64,000 nt of DNA from an uncultured Candidatus Saccharibacteria bacterium (GTDB taxonomy: Bacteria; Patescibacteriota; Minisyncoccia; Phycocordibacterales; DATDWN01). Shown here piece after piece: positions 1 through 10,733 of this stretch. The DNA is taken from NCBI GenBank assembly GCA_964597675.1, contig CAZQYV010000001.1, positions 81,644-145,643 on the forward strand, written 5' to 3'. The notes below the pieces were generated by a model. It saw only the letters and a program-made list of their open reading frames with translations. It was not told where the DNA came from and did not search any database. The position numbers and the translations under genes were made by a program. How positions within the stretch are numbered: the stretch's first letter is position 1; each line of letters starts with the position of its first letter.

Positions 1-1
1 T

Positions 2-460
2 GTGTGGGTAGACGGACAAATACAAACGGCGCGAGTCACTTTGGCCGCAGGTCGTTTTCCAGACAATGCAACCAACCGACCGGATATCATTATAAATAAC
101 GATTTACTCTATTCGACATATGATGGGCAAGATGTTATTTCTCTTATCGCCCAAGGGGATATAACCACAGGGCTAAACAGTGATAATAATTTACGTATAG
201 ATGCAGCTCTAGTTGCACAAAATGGCCGTGCTGGGCGTTTTTATTACAGTTCTTCATGTGGGTCAAATTATGTACGTGATTCATTAACTCTCTACGGTAT
301 GATAGCAAGTAATATCCGATATGGATTCGCATACACCGACGGTACAGGGTATGACACTAGAAATATTATATATGATGCCAATTTATTGTATGGTCCACCT
401 CCTAGTTTTCCATTGACTTCGGATCAGTATCAGACTATTTCATGGCAAGAAGTAAGATAA
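2..460 (+). CDS. C-terminal fragment of an unidentified protein; the ORF runs in from upstream of the window
   Basis: Open frame from the window edge to a stop at 460; no recognisable motifs. Confidence 0.35.
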   Translation: MWVDGQIQTARVTLAAGRFPDNATNRPDIIINNDLLYSTYDGQDVISLIAQGDITTGLNSDNNLRIDAALVAQNGRAGRFYYSSSCGSNYVRDSLTLYGMIASNIRYGFAYTDGTGYDTRNIIYDANLLYGPPPSFPLTSDQYQTISWQEVR

Positions 461-689
461 ACCCCCATATTTGTGGCAATCTCATCGTCTAAATAAACCC
501 CCCATATTTGACGAACTTCTTTGTTAGATTTCAAAAAATAACGTTCACTTGCACAGGGAGGCAAGCTCACGTTATTTTTCTCATCTGCCTCGAATTTCAT
601 TCAAATATGAGGGTTTATATTATGTCCTAAAGACATTTTCTAAGGACTCACTTGCTTAGAGGAGGAGTTTTTTCATTTATGCTACAATA

Positions 690-1454
690 ATGGTTATGAA
701 AAAGATTAAAAAATTGGTGGTTGGAAACTGGAAAATGAACCCTCTGTCTTTAGGTGAGGCAAAAGTGATTGCCACCACGGTAAAGAGGGGTTTGAGAAAT
801 ATAAAAAAGACACAGGTTGTCTTGTGTCCTCCATACGTATATTTGTCCGGATTGTCACATATGCCGACAACCACACTCTTTTTAGGAGCCCAAAATGCAT
901 TTCACGAACCATCGGGGTCATATACTGGTGAGATTAGTTTTAGCCAATTACATCAATTTAAAACGAGTTTTGTTATTATTGGTCATTCGGAACGTAGGGC
1001 AGTGGGTGAGACAGATGAAGTGATCAACAAAAAGGTTCGCAGTGTTATTGATGAAGGCATGACTGCAATTCTCTGTGTCGGTGAAAAAATACATGATGTC
1101 CATGGTGATTATTTGGCTCTAGTCAGACAACAAATTATTACAGGTCTTCGTGATGTATCAAAAAAAATGCTTGACCATGTTGTCATTGCATATGAACCAG
1201 TTTGGGCTATAGGTGCAAAAGATGCTATGGCCCCAGCAGATGTCCACGAGATGTCTATTTATATTAAAAAAGTGCTAAAGGATATATTTGGAGTGTTGGC
1301 TGATTCGATTCGAGTTATATATGGGGGAGCCGTAACGGAATTTAATGCCAAGGATATTATTGCGGATGGTTTTCTTCATGGTTTTTTGGTTGGACGCGAT
1401 AGTTTAAAATCAAAGAGTTTTTTAGAAATTATAAAAGTTGTTGAAGGAAAATAA
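690..1454 (+). CDS. tpiA: triosephosphate isomerase
   Basis: TIM motifs VGNWKMN, AYEPVWAIG and IYGGAV. Confidence 0.85.
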   Translation: MVMKKIKKLVVGNWKMNPLSLGEAKVIATTVKRGLRNIKKTQVVLCPPYVYLSGLSHMPTTTLFLGAQNAFHEPSGSYTGEISFSQLHQFKTSFVIIGHSERRAVGETDEVINKKVRSVIDEGMTAILCVGEKIHDVHGDYLALVRQQIITGLRDVSKKMLDHVVIAYEPVWAIGAKDAMAPADVHEMSIYIKKVLKDIFGVLADSIRVIYGGAVTEFNAKDIIADGFLHGFLVGRDSLKSKSFLEIIKVVEGK

Positions 1455-2601
1455 TATTATGATGCATTATATTGATGAAGTGGGGGACATGAGTGGACAG
1501 AAGGTCTTGTTGAGACTTGATCTCAATACGCCAGTTGCTGATGGAAAGGTACTAGACCCTTTCAGATTAGAAAAAGCTATTGAGACAATCGACTTTCTTC
1601 GTTCAAAAAACGCGCAGGTTATTGTTGTTGCACACTGCGAAAATTCCATTTCACAGGAAAATAATGCGGAGCCATCACTTCTCCCAATGTGGCAGTATCT
1701 GAATGGTTATTTTCCGATAGATTTTTCACCAACATATTTTACTCCAGAGGCAATCGAAAAATTGCTTGAGATGAAAGATGGGGGAGTTCTGATGTTTGAA
1801 AATATTAGAATTAATGAAGGAGAAAAAACAAATGATTCTAATTTTGTAAAACAACTTGCAGCAATGGCAGATATATATGTCAACGATGCATTTTCAGTTT
1901 GTCACAGAAAGCATGCTTCGATCATTGGTGTGCCAGCAGTACTTCCGCATTATGGCGGGCTATTAATGAAAAAGGAAATTGAACATATTTCGGAAGCATT
2001 TAATCCAGAGAGACCATTTGTTTTTATATTAGGGGGGGCAAAATTTGATACAAAATTACCACTGATTACAAAATATCTAGATCGGGCTGACTATGTCTTT
2101 GTTGGTGGAGCACTTGCAAATAACTTTTTTAGAGCACAGGGGTACGAAATTGGGCGATCGCTTTGTGCCGATGGCAATTTCGGAGAAAAAGAAATGCTAC
2201 AGAATTCTAAATTATTACTACCAGTTGATGTTACTGTTCAAGCGCCGGATGGTTCGGTATCTTTTAAAAAGCCAGACGAAGTAATTGAAGGGGATCTTAT
2301 TGTGGACTCCGGCCCAGAAACTATCGCTCAACTGGAAGCTTCTATACGCAATGCACGCATGGTTGTGTGGAATGGACCACTTGGTAATTATGAGATTGGT
2401 TTTGCTGACAAAACTGAAATGTTAGCCGAGGCGATTGCAGAGAGTGGGGTCAGGAGTGTTGTTGGTGGTGGGGATACATTAGCATCAATACAGAAACTGG
2501 GCATCGAAGAAAAGTTTTCTTTTATATCAACTGGTGGTGGCGCGATGTTAGACTTTTTGGTCAACGAGACATTACCAGGAATAGAAGTGTTGACAAGATA
2601 A
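1438..2601 (+). CDS. pgk: phosphoglycerate kinase
   Basis: PGK-like N-terminus RLDLNTPV and C-terminal GGGD/STGGGA motifs; overlaps the tpiA stop, typical gap-pgk-tpi neighbourhood. Confidence 0.85.
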   Translation: MLKENNIMMHYIDEVGDMSGQKVLLRLDLNTPVADGKVLDPFRLEKAIETIDFLRSKNAQVIVVAHCENSISQENNAEPSLLPMWQYLNGYFPIDFSPTYFTPEAIEKLLEMKDGGVLMFENIRINEGEKTNDSNFVKQLAAMADIYVNDAFSVCHRKHASIIGVPAVLPHYGGLLMKKEIEHISEAFNPERPFVFILGGAKFDTKLPLITKYLDRADYVFVGGALANNFFRAQGYEIGRSLCADGNFGEKEMLQNSKLLLPVDVTVQAPDGSVSFKKPDEVIEGDLIVDSGPETIAQLEASIRNARMVVWNGPLGNYEIGFADKTEMLAEAIAESGVRSVVGGGDTLASIQKLGIEEKFSFISTGGGAMLDFLVNETLPGIEVLTR

Positions 2602-2639
2602 AAATTTGCATTAATCTAAATGATAGAGGTATTAGTGAA

Positions 2640-2996
2640 GTGAGAATAAAACGATCTGATATACTATTTGCTTGTTCCGGTTTTTTGCTTGTTGGGTACA
2701 TAACCTATCTAAGTATGGTCATTGATTCCCGTGAAGTAAACAAAAAACGTTGGGATACTTCACCTTGTGGCAATCTGCTTGTATCTGGCAAATTTATGTT
2801 TGGTTATTACATGGATCAGCCACGAGATTTAAATAAGATGTTTGATGATGGTCGTCGGGTGTGGAAAATGAAAAACATCATATTTCCAAATAGAACAGAG
2901 TTGTCACCAAAGGTTGAGTGGGAGATGGTCATGGATAGATCCCCTGAATCATGTGCGGGATGGAAGGCGGACACAGGTATCGAATTCCCTCAATAA
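2640..2996 (+). CDS. hypothetical membrane-anchored protein (GTG start)
   Basis: ORF with an N-terminal hydrophobic segment; no recognised family. Confidence 0.35.
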   Translation: MRIKRSDILFACSGFLLVGYITYLSMVIDSREVNKKRWDTSPCGNLLVSGKFMFGYYMDQPRDLNKMFDDGRRVWKMKNIIFPNRTELSPKVEWEMVMDRSPESCAGWKADTGIEFPQ

Positions 2997-3040
2997 AATT
3001 TTGTCATTACGCCTGCGGAGCAATCCGTCGGCGTTTCTTT

Positions 3041-3439
3041 TTATAGAAATTTTTTTATTTTTTCTGCGTTTTCGGCAAAGTTCATTTTGTCTCCTGAAAC
3101 GTTTGAATTTGGATAAACCCAGATATGTGCATGCTCGATTTCATCGCCAACAATTTTTGAAAGGATCCAATCGGTATTGAATGCCTTCTGTTGTGCATGT
3201 GCAATTTTTTGTACTACAGAAAAATATTCACCAATGTTTGGTGACACCTGCCTGCCATCGTCTTGCTCATTCATAGCGGGTAGGTCCCACACCCATCGGT
3301 GATGTTGTTTAGGTATTACTTGTGTGTGACCAGGGGACTGCGGGTGAATATCAAGAAAAGCAAAAAAGTTATTGTCCTCGTACACTTTGTACGATGGTAT
3401 ATCTCCGCTAATAATTTTACAAAATATGCAATTTTCCAT
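3041..3439 (-). CDS. HIT (histidine triad) family hydrolase
   Basis: N-terminal CIFCKI...GD, a HPQSPGHTQVIPK segment and a C-terminal H-A-H-I-W histidine triad. Confidence 0.75.
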   Translation of the reverse strand: MENCIFCKIISGDIPSYKVYEDNNFFAFLDIHPQSPGHTQVIPKQHHRWVWDLPAMNEQDDGRQVSPNIGEYFSVVQKIAHAQQKAFNTDWILSKIVGDEIEHAHIWVYPNSNVSGDKMNFAENAEKIKKFL

Positions 3440-3490
3440 GACTATATATTAGCATATATTTTTGATACAATATTTGGTAGGAGTTTTACT

Positions 3491-3700
3491 ATGGAAAAGG
3501 AAATTGAGAGTGTAGAAGAGGCCAACGAATTTGTGAAGGAGGCTGGGTATCCGATATATGTTTCCTCACTGTTTACACTTGGTCAGAGAGGAAATGCTAT
3601 CATTCGTGATAAAAAAGAACTTACGGAGCTTGTCAGGTCAGCACTGGATCTCTCACCAGTGCGCCAAGTTATTTTGAGAACTAAACCAACTGGTCAGTAA
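3491..3700 (+). CDS. small hypothetical protein (69 aa, using the internal ATG)
   Basis: The 3299 ORF overlaps the HIT gene on the opposite strand; an ATG at 3491 gives a non-overlapping small ORF. Confidence 0.25.
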   Translation: MEKEIESVEEANEFVKEAGYPIYVSSLFTLGQRGNAIIRDKKELTELVRSALDLSPVRQVILRTKPTGQ

Positions 3701-3752
3701 AAGATATCTATGCCCCCTTCGGGGGGCTTTATTTTATGCTACACTATACCCA

Positions 3753-5486
3753 ATGAAAAAATATATTCTGCGAGAAGATATTTCAGATGAAGTTAAAAAA
3801 ATATTTTCTTCATACCCGCCACTTGTGCAAAAGTTATTGTATGCTCGAGGTATTGATGACATACAAACTGCTGAAACATTTTTACATCCAAATTATGATA
3901 CCAATGTGCACGATCCACTGTTACTCAAGGATATGAGTAAAGCAGTTAATCGTATTGTTTCTGCAATAGAAGGAAACGAGGTGATCGTGATTTATAGTGA
4001 TTATGATGCCGACGGTATTCCTGGTGCAGTTGTACTCTCTGATTTTTTTAAAAAAATTGGATATGCAAATGTAATTACGTACATCCCCTTGAGAAATGAA
4101 GAAGGATTTGGGTTAAATCGTGAAGCAATTGATACTCTTGTTTCACAAGGAGCAACCCTATTAATAACCATAGATTGCGGCATTTCTGACGTTACTGAAG
4201 TGGAGCACGCGCTGTTACACGGCATGGATGTGATCATTACAGACCACCATCTTCCTGGAAAAGTTGTACCAAATGCCTACGCGATTATAAATCCAAAACA
4301 GATTGGATGTCAGTATCCAGAAAAGATGTTATGCGGGGCTGGAGTTATTTTCAAAGTTGTGCAGGCACTTGTACAACATGAAAAAATTTCATTTCCACAT
4401 GGTCAAGAAAAATGGTTACTTGATATGGTTGGCATAGCAACACTTTCAGACATGGTTCCACTTCGTGGGGAGAATCGAGTCTTTGCTCACTACGGAATCA
4501 AGGTGCTTCAAAAAAGTCCGCGTATTGGACTGACAAAATTATTTTCATTATTAAAAATTGATAAACGATATGTAACAGAAGATGATATCGCATTCATGAT
4601 TACACCGCGTATTAATGCCGCTTCACGAATGGGTATTCCGCGTGATGCATTTCAATTACTTTCAACGACGGATGAAGTGGAGGCCGGTGCGCTAGCAGAA
4701 CACTTGAATAATAAAAATGATGAACGAAAAGGTGTGGTGGGAAGTATGGTTCGTGAGATTAAAAAAAAGATTCACGAAAGAGACGAAGAAATGAAACATG
4801 TTTTAGTATTGGGAAATCCAGAATGGAAACCATCACTTCTTGGACTGGTCGCAAATAGTTTTTCTGATGAACATAACCGCCCTGTATTTTTATGGGGAAG
4901 AGAAGGAGTAAATGGTGAATCAATTATTAAAGGATCGTGTAGGTCTGGTAATGGTGTGTCTGTTGTTCTTTTGATGGAAAAAATAAAAGATGTATTTTTG
5001 GAATATGGTGGACACCATGGAGCCGGCGGTTTCTCTGTTTCTCACGAAAATATTCACACACTCGAACAAAAATTAAATGAAGCGTATATCGAATTACAAA
5101 AAGAAAAAATAAGCGAACCAGAAAATTTTGTTGATGCTCAATTACAACTAAGTGATGTTAACTGGAATACATACGACATGATACATACGTTTGCACCATT
5201 TGGTTTTGAAAATCCAAAGCCAATTTTTTTGTTTTCCAATGTTACTGTTTCAGCTGTGAAACTGTTTGGAAAAGAAAAAAATCATTTGGAAATTAAATTA
5301 CAAGATTCATCAATATCTAATTCAGAAAAAAATAAAGAGGTGACTGCTATTGCTTTTTTCTCTGATCCAACAAAATTTGAAGTGAAGATTGAGGCAGGAA
5401 GCGTGGTTAATTTGGTTGCAACATTAGAGAAATCAAATTTTCGAAATTTTCCAGAACTTCGTCTTCGTGTTGTTGATATATTTTAG
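3753..5486 (+). CDS. recJ: single-stranded-DNA-specific exonuclease RecJ (DHH family)
   Basis: DHH motif ITDHH, DHHA1-like C-terminal region, size 577 aa. Confidence 0.8.
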   Translation: MKKYILREDISDEVKKIFSSYPPLVQKLLYARGIDDIQTAETFLHPNYDTNVHDPLLLKDMSKAVNRIVSAIEGNEVIVIYSDYDADGIPGAVVLSDFFKKIGYANVITYIPLRNEEGFGLNREAIDTLVSQGATLLITIDCGISDVTEVEHALLHGMDVIITDHHLPGKVVPNAYAIINPKQIGCQYPEKMLCGAGVIFKVVQALVQHEKISFPHGQEKWLLDMVGIATLSDMVPLRGENRVFAHYGIKVLQKSPRIGLTKLFSLLKIDKRYVTEDDIAFMITPRINAASRMGIPRDAFQLLSTTDEVEAGALAEHLNNKNDERKGVVGSMVREIKKKIHERDEEMKHVLVLGNPEWKPSLLGLVANSFSDEHNRPVFLWGREGVNGESIIKGSCRSGNGVSVVLLMEKIKDVFLEYGGHHGAGGFSVSHENIHTLEQKLNEAYIELQKEKISEPENFVDAQLQLSDVNWNTYDMIHTFAPFGFENPKPIFLFSNVTVSAVKLFGKEKNHLEIKLQDSSISNSEKNKEVTAIAFFSDPTKFEVKIEAGSVVNLVATLEKSNFRNFPELRLRVVDIF

Positions 5487-5527
5487 TAAACTTTCATTTT
5501 TTCATTTTTTCAATTATTCTATAAGGT

Positions 5528-6205
5528 ATGATAACTATTTTTACAGATGGAGCAGCACGAGGAAATCCTGGTCCGGGAGGGTGGGGTGCGATTGTGGTTG
5601 GTGAGGATCTTGTTGTTGAAATGGGAGGAAGAGAAGACCACACAACCAATAACCGAATGGAGCTTACTGCTGTAATCAGGGCGCTTGAGGCCTACCCGCG
5701 TGAGTATGAAGCACAGATTTATACTGATTCTGCATATGTACTTTCTGGTAGTACTAGATGGGTACAAGGTTGGCAACATAATGATTGGAAAACATCCACG
5801 AAAGACGATGTATTAAATAGAGATTTATGGGAACAAATGGTAGAAGTTATGAAAGGGAAACGTCTAAATTGGCGATTAATCAAAGGTCACTCAGGTATTG
5901 CTCCAAATGAGAGATGCGATGTTATTGCTACATCATACGCTGATAAGGTACCAATCGTGTTATATCAAGGTTCAAAGGAACGATACGGAGTTAATACACA
6001 AGTTACCAGTTCTCTTGGGGTGGATACAAAAACTAAATCTAAAAGTAAAGCATATTCATACGTTAGTTCTATCGATGGTGTTGTGAACATACATAAGACA
6101 TGGGAAGAATGTAAGGCTCGTGTAGTTGGTGTTTCTGGTGCCCGACACAAAAAATCAACATCGCCCGAGGATGAAGATCATATTATCGAGGAGTTTAAAA
6201 AATAG
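5528..6205 (+). CDS. rnhA: ribonuclease HI with a C-terminal extension
   Basis: N-terminus IFTDGAARGNPGPGGWG, TNNRMEL, YTDS and KGHSG motifs of RNase H. Confidence 0.8.
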   Translation: MITIFTDGAARGNPGPGGWGAIVVGEDLVVEMGGREDHTTNNRMELTAVIRALEAYPREYEAQIYTDSAYVLSGSTRWVQGWQHNDWKTSTKDDVLNRDLWEQMVEVMKGKRLNWRLIKGHSGIAPNERCDVIATSYADKVPIVLYQGSKERYGVNTQVTSSLGVDTKTKSKSKAYSYVSSIDGVVNIHKTWEECKARVVGVSGARHKKSTSPEDEDHIIEEFKK

Positions 6206-6210
6206 AAATT

Positions 6211-7701
6211 ATGACTGTATTATTGGGGATATATGGTTTTCTATCTGGAATACTGCTGGGGTCTTTAGGAATTTTTGGATGGCGGTCAATTATTGTAATA
6301 TTATTTTCTATATTTGTTGTCCTGATATATAAAAATTTTTATAAAAATAAGCACAAACAAGTGCTTATTTTTATTTGTATATTTTTGTGCATGTTGGCAA
6401 TTGGTGTCCTACGCATTCATTTTTCTGATGCACATCGTTCATCACAGTTACAGGAATTTGTAGAAACTCCCGCTGTCTTTACGGGTATCATTGTTGCAGA
6501 GCCAGACATACGAGAAAAGAACACAAAACTGACTGTCAGGGTGGCGACAGTTTCTCTCGTCCAACAAAACAGTTCAACAACAAAACATATTTCGGAAAAG
6601 ATAATTATTTCAACAAACCTGTATCCTGAGTTTTCATATGGCGACAAAATATCTTTTAAAACAAAATTGTCAGTACCAAAAAATATAGAATCGGATAGTG
6701 GGCGAGTTTTTGATTATGCTGGGTATTTGCGAGCACGAGGTGTGTGGTATACAGCCAGTTTTGTATATCCACAATTGTTGTCACATGGACATGGTAGTCT
6801 GATAAAGACGTTTCTTTTCCGTATCAAAAAAACCTTTACTAGGGCAATAGAAAATGCTTTACCTGAGCCAGAATCATCTTTACTTAGTGGTTTGTTGCTT
6901 GGCGCAAAACAATCTCTTGGCAAAGATTTGCTCGAGCAGTTTTCACGGACAGGAGTATCGCATATTGTTGTTCTGTCTGGATATAACATTGCCATTGTCG
7001 CTGAAAGTATCATGGCTGTATTGGTATTTTTGCCAGTACCTATTTCATTTGCGGTTGGATGTGTAAGTATTATTATGTTTACAATTTTGGCTGGTGGGGG
7101 AGCATCTGCAGTACGGGCGGCGATTATGGTTTTGGTTGCATTGTTTGCAAAGCGATTTAATCGTGACTATAAAGCAGGCAGAGCTTTTGGATTTGCAGTT
7201 GTATTGATGCTTGCACCAAATCCACTATTGCTTGTGTTTGATCCGTCATTTCAATTGTCCGTATTGGCGACGATTGGAATAATATTTGTTTCTCCTGTTT
7301 TAACTAGTTACTTTCTATGGGTGACAGAAAAATGGGGTATGAGAGAAATTGTTGCTAGTACGATTGCCACACAATTGACCGTCTTGCCATTTCTTGTGTA
7401 TAACACCGGTGTTTTGTCTCTTGTCTCACTTCCAGTTAATGTATTGATCCTCGGCACAATCCCTACAACAATGTTTCTGGGATTTTTGACGGGTCTAAGT
7501 GGGGTCATATCTCTGTGGTTATCATTTATTCCCGCATTACCGACATATATGCTTTTGTGGTACCAACTTTCTATTGTACGGGTCGCTTATTCAATTCCTT
7601 TTGGATCACTATCCTTGCCTGCATTTCCATTTTGGGTGGTTTGTTGTGTCTATTTTACTATTGCATATTGGCTCTATCATGTACAAAAGAAAACTACATA
7701 G
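6211..7701 (+). CDS. comEC: ComEC/Rec2 competence membrane protein, N-terminal and channel part only
   Basis: Multi-pass membrane protein with DUF4131-like N-terminus and the competence channel region; the MBL domain is encoded separately at 9115. Confidence 0.65.
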   Translation: MTVLLGIYGFLSGILLGSLGIFGWRSIIVILFSIFVVLIYKNFYKNKHKQVLIFICIFLCMLAIGVLRIHFSDAHRSSQLQEFVETPAVFTGIIVAEPDIREKNTKLTVRVATVSLVQQNSSTTKHISEKIIISTNLYPEFSYGDKISFKTKLSVPKNIESDSGRVFDYAGYLRARGVWYTASFVYPQLLSHGHGSLIKTFLFRIKKTFTRAIENALPEPESSLLSGLLLGAKQSLGKDLLEQFSRTGVSHIVVLSGYNIAIVAESIMAVLVFLPVPISFAVGCVSIIMFTILAGGGASAVRAAIMVLVALFAKRFNRDYKAGRAFGFAVVLMLAPNPLLLVFDPSFQLSVLATIGIIFVSPVLTSYFLWVTEKWGMREIVASTIATQLTVLPFLVYNTGVLSLVSLPVNVLILGTIPTTMFLGFLTGLSGVISLWLSFIPALPTYMLLWYQLSIVRVAYSIPFGSLSLPAFPFWVVCCVYFTIAYWLYHVQKKTT

Positions 7702-7734
7702 GGGTACCCTATGTAGTTATCAATATAGCAAAAG

Positions 7735-7998
7735 TTACGATTCTTTATATGCCCTCTTACTTTCTGCGAATATCTCTTGTATTCTCTCTTTCGGTATTCT
7801 AGTTGACATAGTGAGAGATTCACTGAGTATTTTTTCTGAAACGGGCATTGTCCCTACCAATTCTGATAAGATACACCCGATGACCGCCAACGTTTGTTCC
7901 AGTTTTTCAGCTCTTTCACCCACCATATTATCCATTGTGCTTTTGATCGGCTCAAGTTCACTGTTGCACATATGTGCCTCCGGGGAATACAGTAGCAC
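7735..7998 (-). CDS. hypothetical protein, possibly co-transcribed downstream of the YbjQ-like gene
   Basis: ORF starting 6 nt after the ybjQ-like stop; no known motifs. Confidence 0.25.
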   Translation of the reverse strand: MLLYSPEAHMCNSELEPIKSTMDNMVGERAEKLEQTLAVIGCILSELVGTMPVSEKILSESLTMSTRIPKERIQEIFAESKRAYKES

Positions 7999-8003
7999 AG
8001 TTG

Positions 8004-8369
8004 CTATTTTTTCTCTACTACGACCGCAGTTCCATATGCCAGAACTTCTGTTACTCCTTGCATTATTTCGGTGGCATCATATCGGGCACCAACCACTGCA
8101 TTTGCGCCCATCTCTTTGGCATGTTGGAGCATGAGATCAAAAGCATCAGATCTTGTTTCTTCACATAGGTCTGTAAAGAGACTTATATTTCCACCGATTA
8201 ATGTTTGTAGTCCTGCTCCAATTGACCCAATGACCGATCGTGATCGAACAATAATACCTTTTGCAACACCTTTGTTTTCGACAATGGTATGCCCTGGTAG
8301 TTCCAGCCCAGTTGTAACCATATTATGACTGACACGGTTTGTTTGTTCCATAGTATTTGTTTTATCCAT
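8004..8369 (-). CDS. YbjQ/UPF0145 (DUF74) family protein
   Basis: The sequence matches the YbjQ family pattern over its whole length; about 120 aa. Confidence 0.7.
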   Translation of the reverse strand: MDKTNTMEQTNRVSHNMVTTGLELPGHTIVENKGVAKGIIVRSRSVIGSIGAGLQTLIGGNISLFTDLCEETRSDAFDLMLQHAKEMGANAVVGARYDATEIMQGVTEVLAYGTAVVVEKK

Positions 8370-8449
8370 TAAAATTATTTTATGCTTTACTCCAATTTAT
8401 ATTTGTAAAAAAACCTCTTATCCTTCGTTTCATTCAGGATCTAGCAGTT

Positions 8450-9043
8450 CTATTTACTGGCTTCCATAAAATTAAGTTCTGTTTTCTTCCAGTTCAAGTT
8501 GGTAAAGTAGTCTTCGACATATTGTTTCTTTCCACTTGGTTGATAGTCAGCTACGAACGAATGTTCCCACATATCCAAAGCAATGATCGGAGTGCAGTTT
8601 TGTAACTGACCCAGATGTTGTTCATCAATCCATGCGTTTAGTAGTTGCCCGTCCATATTATCCCAATATAATATTGCCCAGCCAATACCACGAGTCATAG
8701 ATATTGATTTGAATCGTGTTAGCCACGCATCAAATGATCCAAAATCCTTTTCAATCTGTGAGTATAGTTTACTGTCAGTTTTTGGGGCAGTCGCCTCGTC
8801 TGCGAGGGAGTCAAAATAGATTTCGTGGTTTCTCATACCATTGTATTCAAATCCGAAACGTCTCTGTACTTCACCCAATGCGTAAGCGTTTTTTTCGCTG
8901 TCACCAATCATTTCCTTTATTTTTTGCAAGATAAGGTTACTGTGTTTAACATAACCAGCATATAACTTTAGGTGTTCCTCAATAGTTTTTAGAGAAATTC
9001 CAACTAATGGGCCGATATTAAATTTTTTTTCTTGGAATTGCAT
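8450..9043 (-). CDS. sodA: Fe/Mn superoxide dismutase
   Basis: SOD motifs DMWEH..Y and the metal-ligand His pattern; 197 aa. Confidence 0.85.
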   Translation of the reverse strand: MQFQEKKFNIGPLVGISLKTIEEHLKLYAGYVKHSNLILQKIKEMIGDSEKNAYALGEVQRRFGFEYNGMRNHEIYFDSLADEATAPKTDSKLYSQIEKDFGSFDAWLTRFKSISMTRGIGWAILYWDNMDGQLLNAWIDEQHLGQLQNCTPIIALDMWEHSFVADYQPSGKKQYVEDYFTNLNWKKTELNFMEASK

Positions 9044-9114
9044 ATATATAGTAAGTAAATTATATAAAATGATAACTTTCCAGATCGTATATATTCTGGC
9101 CGGTATATTATACT

Positions 9115-9990
9115 ATGTATATCATGAAAGCCCTACAGTTCATCAGGCATCACTTTAGGTGGATTCTTCTCCTAATTCTTATGTCTTTTTCTGCGACACT
9201 TTGGTATGTTGCTATTCGTGAAAACAGAGATGGGATTTTGACTATATCTTTTCTCAATATTGGCCAAGGTGACGCCATTTTTATTGAGTCTCCGACTGGG
9301 ATGCAAGTTGTTATTGATGGTGGTCCAAACAAGGCAATTATGAAAGAGATTACTTCTATTATGCCGTGGTACGACCGTCATATAGATATGATTATGGTTA
9401 CAAACCCTGACAAGGATCATTACGAGGGTTTTATTCCTCTTTTTGGCAGATATACAATCGGTGTTGAGATTGAACCTGGGACAGTATCACAGACAGAAAT
9501 GTTTCGCACATTAAAAAATATTATACAGACCAAGAAAGTTGCTAGTATAGTCGCACGTCGAGGCCAGATTATTGATATTGGTGGGGGAGCATATATACAG
9601 ATTTTATTTCCAGATCGTGATGTATCGGGACTTTCGACTAACAACGGTTCGATTGTTGCAAAATTGGTATACGGTGAGACGAGTGTCTTGTTGACTGGGG
9701 ACTCGCCAGTTGCCATAGAGGAATATCTAATTTCACAGGACAAAACAATACTCGACAGTGATATATTAAAGGTTGGGCATCATGGGTCACGTACATCCAC
9801 AAGTGATGCTTATGTTCAAGCAATCTCTCCGGCATATGCAGTGATTTCTGCTGGAAAAGATAATTCATACGGACACCCACACAAAGAGGTTTTGGATATT
9901 TTGGCAAAAGAAAAGGTGCCGGTTCTCGGCACCTATGATCTGGGGAGGATTACTTTTGTTTCTGATGGGAAACGTCTTGTTAGAAAGTAA
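9115..9990 (+). CDS. stand-alone ComEC C-terminal-like metallo-beta-lactamase fold protein with N-terminal TM anchor
   Basis: MBL-fold motifs HHGSRTS and SYGHPH typical of the ComEC nuclease domain; single N-terminal TM. Confidence 0.65.
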   Translation: MYIMKALQFIRHHFRWILLLILMSFSATLWYVAIRENRDGILTISFLNIGQGDAIFIESPTGMQVVIDGGPNKAIMKEITSIMPWYDRHIDMIMVTNPDKDHYEGFIPLFGRYTIGVEIEPGTVSQTEMFRTLKNIIQTKKVASIVARRGQIIDIGGGAYIQILFPDRDVSGLSTNNGSIVAKLVYGETSVLLTGDSPVAIEEYLISQDKTILDSDILKVGHHGSRTSTSDAYVQAISPAYAVISAGKDNSYGHPHKEVLDILAKEKVPVLGTYDLGRITFVSDGKRLVRK

Positions 9991-10190
9991 TATCTAGATT
10001 TTAACTGGTTCCTGTGTGTTTTTACCTCGGCACAAATCATCAATTTGTTTTTTAATGCGTGATGCATCATTGTTTGCACCGATATTTTCGGCACGTTCGA
10101 GTCGGCTTCGAAGTAACCAGAGATGTTTTTCCAACTCCCTTTCTTCCTGACACGAATCACACTCACATCTTATAGGATGTTTTTCCATAA

Positions 10191-10227
10191 AAAAGATACG
10201 CTCCAATTGGAGCGTATCTTTTTTGAC
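10191..10227. terminator. perfect palindromic hairpin, bidirectional terminator between the 9115 gene and rpmB
   Basis: aaaaaagatacgctcc-aatt-ggagcgtatctttttt, a 16 bp stem flanked by A/T runs. Confidence 0.6.
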
Positions 10228-10245
10228 TCTGTTAGTCAATATGGA

Positions 10246-10493
10246 TTAGATAAGGCCTGCTTTTTTGAGTGTTGCGTAGGCGCCATTTTTCTGTATAGTC
10301 TTGATCGCTTTCGTAGAGAGTGTCAGCGTAATAGATGTGTTTAATTCAGGTACAAAAATCTTCTTTTTTTGAAGATTTGCATATTTTCGAACAGCGCCAG
10401 TTGGGTTGAATTGGGTTGCACGAGTACGGTTGGAGTATCCTCCTCCCATCTGTGAACTCTTATTCGTGATTGGACATGCTTTTGCCATAGTGT
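10246..10493 (-). CDS. rpmB: 50S ribosomal protein L28
   Basis: The internal MAKACPITNK start matches the L28 N-terminus; the longer ORF upstream is discounted. Confidence 0.7.
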
Positions 10494-10733
10494 TAGATAT
10501 GGTAGCATATGTAATGTAAAACGCAAGTTCGTGATCTACGGAGTTAAAGACGTTAACAACATTTTCGATTTTAAAAACACATTCGCAGTTTTTTGTCTGA
10601 AATGTTGGCATTTTTCTCTAGCCGAGAGCGCTTGCCCCGTAGGGGACGCGAAGCGGTTAGCGGAAGGCAGGGAAAAATGTTTTACATTTCACAAAAAGCG
10701 AGGACGTGTTTTTAAAATTAAAAATGTGACGCT

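Noticed and set aside
7499-8134. 211-aa plus-strand ORF spanning the comEC end through ybjQ
   Set aside because: Overlaps two better-supported genes on both strands, with a Cys/His/Leu-rich nonsense composition
9994-10239. 81-aa minus-strand ORF with a CxxC motif
   Set aside because: Its 5' part is formed by the perfect palindromic terminator at 10191-10227 (the same peptide appears on both strands), so most likely non-coding. A shorter real ORF from the internal ATG cannot be excluded.
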